DNA of 64,000 bases from a virus: IMG/VR virus record IMGVR_UViG_3300030060_004050, positions 1 through 64,000 of that record; one strand, written 5' to 3'. Below, in pieces: positions 23,429-32,125 of this stretch. Each line of letters opens with the position of its first letter. The stretch's first letter is position 1. Under the pieces are notes generated by a model that saw only the letters and a list, made by a program, of their open reading frames with translations, had not been told where the DNA came from and did no database searches. Both the position numbers and the translations under genes were made by a program.

Positions 23429-24265
23429 TTATCCAAGTAAATCATTAAAGAAATCAGATGTCGCAAGTCCTGCATCATCTGTAAGTTGTCCGGGGTTCAA
23501 ACCAAAGGGAAGATTCAAGACAGTTCCACCAATGGCAGTTGGTTCCATGGGAATGGTTCCACCAAACATACCATCGAGTTTTCTGTTGAGTCTTCCGCGA
23601 AGATCGAGACGGTTGATCACACCCTGTAGGAAACCAACCTCGTCTGGTTTTCTGAATCTCCACTTTCTATAAGAGAACGAAACAGTCTGTCTCTGGATTC
23701 CATCTCTCTCATCTCCCAATTCAATTGGGTTGATTGTCTTGGGAAAGCAGTCCTCAAGAACCAAGTGGTAGATTGGTTGATCCTGCAAATCTAGTTGGGT
23801 TATTTCCATCTCGCATGAGTATGAGTCTTTGTAACCTAAGTTGTTGGTAGCAGGATCAACGATTAAATTTTGCCATGAGTCAAAAAAGTTTCTTTCGAAA
23901 TAGTCACCTGCAACTTTGAATGTTGCCTCAAGGTCACCAGCGAACGAAACTTCATATGGCATGTCATCAACTGGTCCGTGCGTTTTGATTTCTTGTGTTG
24001 AAATTGTTTTTCCGGGAAGCGAAACGCTCTCGCAAGAGACTGCAAGTCTGAGATTAGAAAGTGCATCAGCAGTGTTGAATGAGATTTCATATCGGAATGG
24101 ATATGAAAGATTCTTGTTGACAATCATTGCTACCATGGTGTCAACACCATTTGGAACTTTAGATCCCGTATCTCCAAATGGATCAATGCTACCAACGAGT
24201 GGTAGGTTGATGCTGGTGTCTATTTCTAATAAATTGTTCTGAAAATCTGGTGGTAATATTGGCAT
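23429..24265 (-). CDS. gp54: Baseplate tail-tube initiator gp54 (gp19-like fold)
   Basis: CESVSLPGK, PY...F, F.SWQ..I, LEDCFPKTI and FSYRKW motifs. Confidence 0.75.
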   Translation of the reverse strand: MPILPPDFQNNLLEIDTSINLPLVGSIDPFGDTGSKVPNGVDTMVAMIVNKNLSYPFRYEISFNTADALSNLRLAVSCESVSLPGKTISTQEIKTHGPVDDMPYEVSFAGDLEATFKVAGDYFERNFFDSWQNLIVDPATNNLGYKDSYSCEMEITQLDLQDQPIYHLVLEDCFPKTINPIELGDERDGIQRQTVSFSYRKWRFRKPDEVGFLQGVINRLDLRGRLNRKLDGMFGGTIPMEPTAIGGTVLNLPFGLNPGQLTDDAGLATSDFFNDLLG

Positions 24266-24942
24266 TACTGTTCTGCACTCCCCTCAATTTCTTCTGCTAG
24301 TTTACGTCTGGAATCTGTATAAACTACATTTCTGTTTGCTTTCTTGAACCTTTCTAGTGGAAGGTGAATTGCAAAGTCCCAGTCTTTGGGTGTAATTCTT
24401 AAAATTCTAGAACCAATATATCTAGTCTTATATCTTCGGATACAAGGTCTGTAAAGTCTAAATTGCCTCTGAGATTTTAACATATCATAGTTTATGTTTA
24501 TTCTTGCAAACTCGTCATCTACAGAACCTACCATTCTTTGTCGGATCAAGAGATAAAACCTCTCTCTCAGGTTGTTTGGTAGATAGTGTAGGTTTAACCC
24601 GTAAAATCCATCCTTCGTAAAATCCAACAACAGAACGAGAGGCATGGTGTCAAAGTATTTTAACTTTGATGCACCTTTCGGCATGTAATTGAATATAAAA
24701 AAGTTTCCTCTTCTTTTATATCCAGTCTTCTGAATAATTCGTGTTGGATCTCTAAGGAATGTCTCTTCTGGAGTTGCGTCTGTTTCGTCGAACAACTGAC
24801 GAGCAAGACTCCTAAACCAAGTCATCGCTTGCTGAGATCCTCTCGGGATTTCAGTTTCGTCGAACAGGTCCTCCAAGGCATCGAAGATGTTTTTCCTTGC
24901 TAGAACAGCATCCGGGTTTTCTACAATCTTTGACTTTGCCAT
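24265..24942 (-). CDS. gp2: DNA end protector gp2
   Basis: AMTWFR, Y.PK...L.YFD.MPLV, GLNLHYLP, Y..L, CI.RY and LP.E.F motifs. Confidence 0.88.
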   Translation of the reverse strand: MAKSKIVENPDAVLARKNIFDALEDLFDETEIPRGSQQAMTWFRSLARQLFDETDATPEETFLRDPTRIIQKTGYKRRGNFFIFNYMPKGASKLKYFDTMPLVLLLDFTKDGFYGLNLHYLPNNLRERFYLLIRQRMVGSVDDEFARININYDMLKSQRQFRLYRPCIRRYKTRYIGSRILRITPKDWDFAIHLPLERFKKANRNVVYTDSRRKLAEEIEGSAEQ

Positions 24943-24961
24943 GTAAATATGTATATCAAAC

Positions 24962-25396
24962 TTATGGAGCCAAAGTTTCGTCTGTCATAATTTTAAATTT
25001 CCAGCCTTTGTTTTCTGCATACTCAGACGCTGCTTTCCATTTTGCATTATTCACACCCCACGTTTTTATTTCGTTTAGGTACGTTCTTGTTTTCTTTTTT
25101 GGTTTTTTAGGCGCACAACACTGCTTCTTTGGTTTTACCTCTATCAGAAGAGTTTCGGTTATTCCATCTTTGTTTCTCAGTTTGACAACGAAGTCTACAT
25201 AGTAGCGGTGCATCCTATTATCCACCGGAGATTTGTAGGGGACAACAACCTCCTCGGAACCCCACTCCAATATGTTCTTGAATGTGTCACAATATACCAT
25301 GAATCGTCGTTCGAGGAGACTACGATAGATTATATTGGTTGGGTTTCCAATATATTTTTCTGGGTGTTTTGGTTTGTACCGTCCTTTGTATGCCAT
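24962..25396 (-). CDS. gp4: Head completion nuclease gp4
   Basis: MAYKGRYKPKHPEKY.GNPTNIIYRS, WGSEE and HRYYVDF motifs. Confidence 0.93.
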   Translation of the reverse strand: MAYKGRYKPKHPEKYIGNPTNIIYRSLLERRFMVYCDTFKNILEWGSEEVVVPYKSPVDNRMHRYYVDFVVKLRNKDGITETLLIEVKPKKQCCAPKKPKKKTRTYLNEIKTWGVNNAKWKAASEYAENKGWKFKIMTDETLAP

Positions 25397-25431
25397 ATAT
25401 ACTATGTAGTGTCAAATAAGAGAGGAATTGT

Positions 25432-26700
25432 ATGTCAATACCCGGATTAAATACTCCAGACTTTGGTTACTTCGGACCTTTGGATAACATGAGAAGGTCT
25501 AACCAAGAATCATATCAACCAACTGCCAGAGATTCCGTAAAGAATTTGTCTTCGGACTACTTTGGTAATATTACAGGTCAGAACAGATATACAACGGCAG
25601 ATAGACTAGAATATCCAATTACACTTGGAACAGAAAAGCACACACACATGATTGTGTTTCATGTTTATTCTGATATTGAAGCAGGTATTGATGGTTTAGA
25701 TCAACAGACAATTACCGATGCGAGAGAAGCCGAATCAAAAATTTTCTCTGGAGGATTAGCAGGTGGTGGTGCTGGAGCAGCAGCAGGATTTCTCGGAGCA
25801 AGATCGTTAGCAAGAAGTGGCAGACTCGGACGATACGGAGGGATTGCTCAGTTCCTTGCAACCGTTGGTGGTGCTTGGGGTGGATTTGAAGCAGGGGAGG
25901 CAGCAACAGAGGCATTTAGTGTTACCCCCGAACAATCAGAGGCACTTACTCAAGTTGCGGATGTAGAAGCAAACATCATAAACCAACAGGCAGAACACTC
26001 GGAGCAGGTTTTCGAATCTACCGGCAGACTTGCTAGATTCGGTGAAGCCAAGGTAAAATCAAAAGACACGATTGCACTGTACATGCCTCAGAAGATCCAG
26101 CAACTTTCGCTATTAGAGTATGAACAACAAGATCTCTCCTTTGTTCAAAATGCAATCAATGACTGGCAAGGACTTGCAGCAAGAACACTTATCACCAAGG
26201 CACCTCAAGTGGTGGACAGTGTTGCGGGATTACTTGGTATGAACACAAACATCGATTCTGCTATCCTAGCAGGGGCTAGGATCGCTCCTAACCCACGCAA
26301 ACAACTTCTTTTCAGAGAACCAATCTCTCGGAAGTTCGAATTCTCTTTTAACTTCTCCCCCAGAAACGAGGAGGAATCAGAGAGGGTTTATCAGATTATT
26401 AAGAGGTTTAAGAGACATGCATATCCAACCCTAAACAAGACATACGCACAGGGAGCATTCTACAACTTCCCAGCCGAGTTTGAAATTGAATATCAAACAG
26501 TAAACGAAGTAGGAGAAGTTGTAGAGAATGACTGGATCAACAGAATTGGTAGATGTGCCTTACGAGAAATTAACGTGGATTATTCGGCAGCAGGATCTTT
26601 CTCCACCTTCAAAAATGGCGCACCAACAAACATGTTGCTATCTCTAACCTTCGAGGAAATGTCTCTTCTCGATGCGGATCTCGTAGAACAGGGGTATTGA
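25432..26700 (+). CDS. gp48: Baseplate tail-tube cap gp48
   Basis: LEYP, IALYMP, NP..QLLF, RKFEFSF.F.PRN.EE, FP.EFEI and L.F.E motifs. Confidence 0.8.
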   Translation: MSIPGLNTPDFGYFGPLDNMRRSNQESYQPTARDSVKNLSSDYFGNITGQNRYTTADRLEYPITLGTEKHTHMIVFHVYSDIEAGIDGLDQQTITDAREAESKIFSGGLAGGGAGAAAGFLGARSLARSGRLGRYGGIAQFLATVGGAWGGFEAGEAATEAFSVTPEQSEALTQVADVEANIINQQAEHSEQVFESTGRLARFGEAKVKSKDTIALYMPQKIQQLSLLEYEQQDLSFVQNAINDWQGLAARTLITKAPQVVDSVAGLLGMNTNIDSAILAGARIAPNPRKQLLFREPISRKFEFSFNFSPRNEEESERVYQIIKRFKRHAYPTLNKTYAQGAFYNFPAEFEIEYQTVNEVGEVVENDWINRIGRCALREINVDYSAAGSFSTFKNGAPTNMLLSLTFEEMSLLDADLVEQGY

Positions 26701-26702
26701 TT

Positions 26703-27614
26703 ATGTACTTTAAGAATTTTCCTAAGATCATATTAGACGGAGCAACCGGAGCAACGGGTAGTTCTGTTATGGCAGTTGACATCCTGAGAAGAGTTGCCTT
26801 TTCTGCTGGTGGTAAAACAGGATCTGAGTTTTTCATAGACTACTATGTTCGTGACGAAGATACACCGGAAAGCGTATCTGAAAAAATTTATGGATCACCA
26901 GATTTCCACTGGGTAGTTATGCTGTTCAATGATAAGTTTGATTCATTCTTTGAATGGCCTATGGGTGTTAATAAATTTGAAAAGTATATTACTAAGAAGT
27001 ATCCGGGTGTCACTTTGTTTTTGGGATCATCGGGTGGTACATATGGCGTAACGGGTTCGTTTGCTAAAAATGACACGGTTATCAAAGTAGACGGAACCGG
27101 AACCACAGGGTGGGGTGGTTTAGTAAAAGACTTCGATCCAGTATTGAACAAAATCACCATTACAGGTTTAGTTTCTGGTGAAGAGTTTAGTGTAGATGAT
27201 ACGGTTAAATCCTACAACGCAAGTGGTGGAACTCTTGTGAGTCAAAACGTAGGAGAAGCAACCGTTCGAAAAGTAATTACTTCTTCGTTCGAATCCCTAA
27301 ATCATTTTGAAAACTCAGGATCCACATTTAGTGGTTATGATGACGTTGGTGGTGGTTATCAAACGACTACCACTTGGTTGGATCCCCTATCCAAGTACGA
27401 CGGTACAACACAACTCTCGATGGGTTCGGGTGGCGTTACCTATGGACAAACTCTTTTGTATTCTTATGTTGAAGGTGGTTCTAGCACATATGTCGTAACG
27501 GATCTACAAGATGAAAGAAACAATAACGAGGGTAAACGACTAATCTCTTTGCTCAATCCCGTTTTCCTAGATCAAGCAGTCAAAGAATTTAAGACGCTTA
27601 TCAATAAGAGATAA
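26703..27614 (+). CDS. gp53: Baseplate wedge gp53
   Basis: MYFKNFP, Y..RDEDTPE.V...YG..D.HWVVM.FN, and C-terminal NE.KR.I.LL.P motifs. Confidence 0.85.
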   Translation: MYFKNFPKIILDGATGATGSSVMAVDILRRVAFSAGGKTGSEFFIDYYVRDEDTPESVSEKIYGSPDFHWVVMLFNDKFDSFFEWPMGVNKFEKYITKKYPGVTLFLGSSGGTYGVTGSFAKNDTVIKVDGTGTTGWGGLVKDFDPVLNKITITGLVSGEEFSVDDTVKSYNASGGTLVSQNVGEATVRKVITSSFESLNHFENSGSTFSGYDDVGGGYQTTTTWLDPLSKYDGTTQLSMGSGGVTYGQTLLYSYVEGGSSTYVVTDLQDERNNNEGKRLISLLNPVFLDQAVKEFKTLINKR

Positions 27615-27616
27615 TT

Positions 27617-29032
27617 ATGCAATTTGATATTACATCATCTCCAAATACAGTTTCTGCGTCTAATCCACAGGCGTATAGTAGACTAAACGATGTCAGACTT
27701 AAAGACATAAGTATAGTCTCTCCAAACGGAACTGATATGAGCATCATGAATCAGTATGCTATTCTACAAATTCATGAGGACATATTTCAAAACAATCTTT
27801 CAGGCGTTGTGTCTAACATCGACGCATCGAACATTGTTGTTAACTTCCCCCTGACAGGCGAAGAGTTTTTGATGATAACATTCGAGACTCCCGGATCTGG
27901 TGATACGATTGAACTTGCTTTTATCATAGACAAAATTTTGGACAGAGCGCCACTTAGAAACAACCAGTCTCAGTTTTATGATATTCATTTTGTTTGTCCT
28001 ACCTTTACATGCAATTTGTTTTCCGATGTCTCAAAGGCATACAACACTACGATATCAAGCATGGTGTCCGATATATTTAAGAACAACATAAATGCAGGTG
28101 GAGCAGACTCTACCAGAAAAGAACTAAAGACAAACGAAAAAACCTTTGGTGAGCAAAATGTAATCATACCATCATGGAATGCGTTTACATCAATCAACTG
28201 GTTATCAAGAAGAGCAGTATCGGAAACAAATCAAAAGATATGTGATTATGTTTTTTATCAGGACTTAGATGGTTTTCATTTTAGATCTATAAGTTCCATG
28301 TTTGATGGTGAACCAATGCAAACTTACATTTATGGAGTAGACAATTCAATAGACTTTGTAAGAGATACACCAAACTCTGAAATTGATATGCAGAAGTCAT
28401 TTCAAAACATAAGAAAACTGGCTGCTGGTGGATTTGACAGAAGCAAAGAAACAATGAAAGGTGCTTATGCTTCTAGCGTATTAGTTCACGACATGGTGAC
28501 AAAATCATACGATGAAACAGATTACAAATACTTGGATGATTTTGATCAGAAACCATCACTGAATGGTAATCCAATTATGCCCAAGAATCACATGTACTCA
28601 GACAAAACAAATGCTAGAGGACATTTTGTTCCGTCTCACTTGAACCTATATGGCGAACCATCACAAAGTGAAGAAAACAGTGGCAACGATGGTGTTGAGA
28701 TCTGGCTACCCAGACACGAAGCACAGTTGTGTATGTTGCAGTCGAGTCACATAGAAATTGAAGTGGCAGGAGACAGTTCTCGCAGGGTGGGGGACAAAGT
28801 ATTTGCACTCGTAAACTCATTTGAAGGTGTTGATGAGCAAGGTAGAGTTAAGAACGACACATCTGCGACTGGAAATTACATAATAACAAGAATTACACAC
28901 ACGATACACAAAACAGTTGGACATACAATGCAAATGCAATTGTGTAAAGAGTCAAATATGAATTCAACTCCACAAAATCTATCCTTTGACTCTAACGTTT
29001 TACCAAGTGGAACAGGGAACATTTTATCATGA
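27617..29032 (+). CDS. Baseplate hub protein (gp27 / late-control-D-like)
   Basis: I.EDIF...LSG, FYQDLDGFHFRSI and G.Y.IT.I.H motifs; lies between gp53 and gp5. Confidence 0.65.
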   Translation: MQFDITSSPNTVSASNPQAYSRLNDVRLKDISIVSPNGTDMSIMNQYAILQIHEDIFQNNLSGVVSNIDASNIVVNFPLTGEEFLMITFETPGSGDTIELAFIIDKILDRAPLRNNQSQFYDIHFVCPTFTCNLFSDVSKAYNTTISSMVSDIFKNNINAGGADSTRKELKTNEKTFGEQNVIIPSWNAFTSINWLSRRAVSETNQKICDYVFYQDLDGFHFRSISSMFDGEPMQTYIYGVDNSIDFVRDTPNSEIDMQKSFQNIRKLAAGGFDRSKETMKGAYASSVLVHDMVTKSYDETDYKYLDDFDQKPSLNGNPIMPKNHMYSDKTNARGHFVPSHLNLYGEPSQSEENSGNDGVEIWLPRHEAQLCMLQSSHIEIEVAGDSSRRVGDKVFALVNSFEGVDEQGRVKNDTSATGNYIITRITHTIHKTVGHTMQMQLCKESNMNSTPQNLSFDSNVLPSGTGNILS

Positions 29033-30012
29033 GTTTTATGGGTACAGATGGGTTTGTTTGGTTTCAGGGGGTTGTAGAAGATAGAGCCGATCCCCTGTTT
29101 CTTGGTAGGTGCAGGATTAGATGTCTTGGTTACCACACGGATGACAAGACACAAATACCAACCTCAAGTTTACCTTGGGCGCATCCGATACAACCAATCA
29201 CATCCGCTGCGATTAGCGGCGTTGGACAGTCTCCCATCGGTCCAGTCGAGGGGACTTGGGTTGTCGGTTTCTTCCGAGATGGTTTGAATTGTCAAGAGCC
29301 AGTTTTCTTTGGAACCATAGGCGGTATACCTGCGGAATCACCAGATACCGGAAAAGGATTCAGTGATCCGAACGGTATGTATCCAAAAGAGGATCTTCTA
29401 AAAGAGCAAGACACCAATAGACTTGCAAGAGGTTTAACTGCGGACACAATCGTACAGTCTAAAATAGAAGCAGCGGGGGATCATGCGGAACATGCAACTG
29501 CTAATGAAGCAGGAGATCACAACTGGTCAGAACCCGAGACTCCATTCGACGCAAAGTATCCTAACAATCATGTATATCAAAGCGAAAGTGGTCACGTTCA
29601 AGAATTTGACGACACCGAAGGTGCGGAAAGAATTCACACATACCATAAAGCGGGAACCTTCGAGGAGATTCATCCAGACGGAAGCAAAGTTATAAAAGTC
29701 GTAGGTGACGATTATGAATTGCTTCTTGGTAAAAAGTTCGTGCATGTTTCGGGTAACGCAAACATTCTTGTTGATGGACAAAGCACATTCTATGTAAAAG
29801 GTGATTCTGACATTCAAGTGGATGGTAATGTAAAACAGGTTGTTGGTGGAAACGTCGAGCAAGAAGTAACGGGAAATGTTAAAGTAGATGCTGACGGTGA
29901 GTTTGATGTAAAAGCAAATTCAATAAAAATGGATGCAGGGAGTGGAACAATTAACATAGAGACAAACGGTAACATGGTACTCAAGGGTACTGCGGGTATT
30001 GATCTAAACTAG
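29029..30012 (+). CDS. gp5: Baseplate central spike gp5 (OB fold plus beta-helix, no lysozyme domain)
   Basis: FVWFQGVVEDR.DP..LGR.R.R, YPNNHVY.SESGH..EFDDT.GAERIH and 8-residue beta-helix repeats. Confidence 0.92.
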   Translation: MSFMGTDGFVWFQGVVEDRADPLFLGRCRIRCLGYHTDDKTQIPTSSLPWAHPIQPITSAAISGVGQSPIGPVEGTWVVGFFRDGLNCQEPVFFGTIGGIPAESPDTGKGFSDPNGMYPKEDLLKEQDTNRLARGLTADTIVQSKIEAAGDHAEHATANEAGDHNWSEPETPFDAKYPNNHVYQSESGHVQEFDDTEGAERIHTYHKAGTFEEIHPDGSKVIKVVGDDYELLLGKKFVHVSGNANILVDGQSTFYVKGDSDIQVDGNVKQVVGGNVEQEVTGNVKVDADGEFDVKANSIKMDAGSGTINIETNGNMVLKGTAGIDLN

Positions 30013-30020
30013 GAGTAAAC

Positions 30021-30296
30021 ATGCCTAAATCACCTATATCAAGATCAGTAGATCCTACCGTACCCTCCGGTGCGATTGCAACATTGTTTGCAAGTAACGT
30101 TCGAGTAAACGGACAGCCGGTTACCCTAGCAAACTCTCCACTAACACCCCATGGAGTTCCTCCTAAACCCGGAGTTATGTCGCAGAGTTCGATTACTGTT
30201 AAAGCAAACGGACAAGGTGTGGTTAGACAAGGGGATGCCTCGTCCACCGGAGAAATTGCAACAAGCGGCGCACCATTAGTGAGAGCAGGAGACTAA
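30021..30296 (+). CDS. PAAR-like spike tip (gp5.4 equivalent)
   Basis: SNVRVNGQPV, TVKANGQGVVRQGD; directly after gp5. Confidence 0.8.
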   Translation: MPKSPISRSVDPTVPSGAIATLFASNVRVNGQPVTLANSPLTPHGVPPKPGVMSQSSITVKANGQGVVRQGDASSTGEIATSGAPLVRAGD

Positions 30297-30297
30297 G

Positions 30298-31041
30298 ATG
30301 GGGATTTTACCAACAGACGGATGTACAATCGATTCGGTAAAACTTACAGACAATGAAAAGTCTGTAATAAACCAAGTAACAACAGGAAATGCATTTGTCA
30401 ATCCTGACGAGACTGGTGTGCAAGGTGCAAGTGCATCGACATCAACCACTCTAACACTGATTGCGGGTGCAGTGACTGCTGGAATTTTTGGTACACTAAC
30501 AACCGCGTTAAATACTTTCAATGGAAACCTTACTTCATACCTGACACACAGTAACCGATTATCTGGGGTTGTGTTAGGCGCAACTGGACCTAGTGCTGAA
30601 CCCGGACTCGTTGGACTTCTGGGTGTTGCAAAGGCATATAATTCTATTTGCGAATCTGTCACTGGAGGAACCAAGGACAACTTCAGTCCAATCTTCAATA
30701 GCATTCTTGGACCCGGATCTTTCAAACTAGGAAGAGCAAAAGACATAATTGACAATCAAATCAAAACCTTCGTTGAACGTGAAAGTAGTAGAGGTGCGTC
30801 CAGCGATTCGTTTAATGCAGAGTTGGCAACTCATGTTACCAAGGTTAATTCTTTGTCAACTGATATCACTGGACTGATCACCACCGACAATGCGTCATAT
30901 GAAACGGCAACACAGATAGTCCGCAACTACAACATAGGGGTATCCCTACTTGCCAGTTCTTCAGATCCTTGTTTCACTGGGAAACTTGTAGACAGGATTG
31001 CGTCCAATTCAATGAAAGAAAAACTAGGCAGCATTGAATAA
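30298..31041 (+). CDS. Hypothetical protein (baseplate cluster)
   Basis: 247-aa ORF coupled to the PAAR stop; no family recognised. Confidence 0.6.
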   Translation: MGILPTDGCTIDSVKLTDNEKSVINQVTTGNAFVNPDETGVQGASASTSTTLTLIAGAVTAGIFGTLTTALNTFNGNLTSYLTHSNRLSGVVLGATGPSAEPGLVGLLGVAKAYNSICESVTGGTKDNFSPIFNSILGPGSFKLGRAKDIIDNQIKTFVERESSRGASSDSFNAELATHVTKVNSLSTDITGLITTDNASYETATQIVRNYNIGVSLLASSSDPCFTGKLVDRIASNSMKEKLGSIE

Positions 31042-31072
31042 TATCATACATATGAGAAGTAAAGGAAGTTAG

Positions 31073-31723
31073 ATGGATATATCACATATGGATGACTGGA
31101 TTGCTCTTGGAGTCTCTTCTGCCGCACTGGTAGCAGGTTTTTTTTCGTTCTTTTTTGCAAAGAGGAGAAAATTAAACAAGAAAGCAGAGGGAATAATCTC
31201 TCCAGACATAGACTTTCCAGATAACTTTTGGGGTGTTCATACGAAGATACAAGAAACACTTACAGAACTTCGAGTGAAAATTGACTCCGCAAGATCTAAC
31301 TTGGTTCAGTTCCACAATGGTGGAACATTCGTAGATGGAATAAGCATGAAAAGAATGTCTCTTACACACGAATCTTTGGAAAGAAGTGTAACAGGAGAGA
31401 TGAAAAATCATCAAGATCTTCTCATGTCAACTTACATGGAATTTCTGAACTGCGTAAGAGAAAATAATAGCAAGTTAAGAAAAGTCAGTGAGATGGAAGA
31501 GTGCTATGCAAAGCAGGATCTAGATAGTGCCAATGTTCTTGCATTTTCCGTTTTACCTATCAAACAAAACAGTTTAATAGTTGGTTATATTACTACAGAA
31601 TGGTGTAGTTGGAACAAACTGGATGAAGCAGACGAAGAACTCATCACAGATTGGATGACAAGAAGCCAGTCTTTGATAGAAGTAGAATTAACAAACCAAA
31701 AGAGAAAAATAAAGCATAAATAA
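31073..31723 (+). CDS. Membrane-anchored GAF-like protein, possible holin or lysis regulator
   Basis: N-terminal hydrophobic helix, KRRKLNKK, then QFHNGG.F..G.SM...S.T.E. Confidence 0.45.
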   Translation: MDISHMDDWIALGVSSAALVAGFFSFFFAKRRKLNKKAEGIISPDIDFPDNFWGVHTKIQETLTELRVKIDSARSNLVQFHNGGTFVDGISMKRMSLTHESLERSVTGEMKNHQDLLMSTYMEFLNCVRENNSKLRKVSEMEECYAKQDLDSANVLAFSVLPIKQNSLIVGYITTEWCSWNKLDEADEELITDWMTRSQSLIEVELTNQKRKIKHK

Positions 31724-31726
31724 AAT

Positions 31727-32125
31727 ATGGCAGGACAATCAAACACAACCAGATTTAAAGACATAGACTTGGATTTTCTAGCACATCCTGTCACAGGCGA
31801 TGTCGTGCAAAAAACCAACAAAGAGTCAATAAAGCAGTCTTTGAAAAATCTTGTGTTGATGGGTAGATTTGACAAACCATTTCAACCCGAGTTAAGTGGC
31901 AACATTAGAAACTTGCTGTTTGAACCAGACAGTCCTTTGACAAAAGTAGAAATGAGAAAATCTATTTTTGATGTTGTAAAAAGATACGAACCCAGAGTTA
32001 ACCTCTTGGATGTAAGAGTTCTACACAATATCGCAGAAAATTCATACGGAGTAACAATCACATATCAAGTTGTAAACTCCCCACAGGTTGAGGACTTGAC
32101 ACTAACGATGGAGAGGTTAAGATGA
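31727..32125 (+). CDS. gp25: Baseplate wedge gp25
   Basis: FKDIDL.F..HPVTGD, SIKQSLKNL and YEPRV motifs. Confidence 0.92.
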   Translation: MAGQSNTTRFKDIDLDFLAHPVTGDVVQKTNKESIKQSLKNLVLMGRFDKPFQPELSGNIRNLLFEPDSPLTKVEMRKSIFDVVKRYEPRVNLLDVRVLHNIAENSYGVTITYQVVNSPQVEDLTLTMERLR

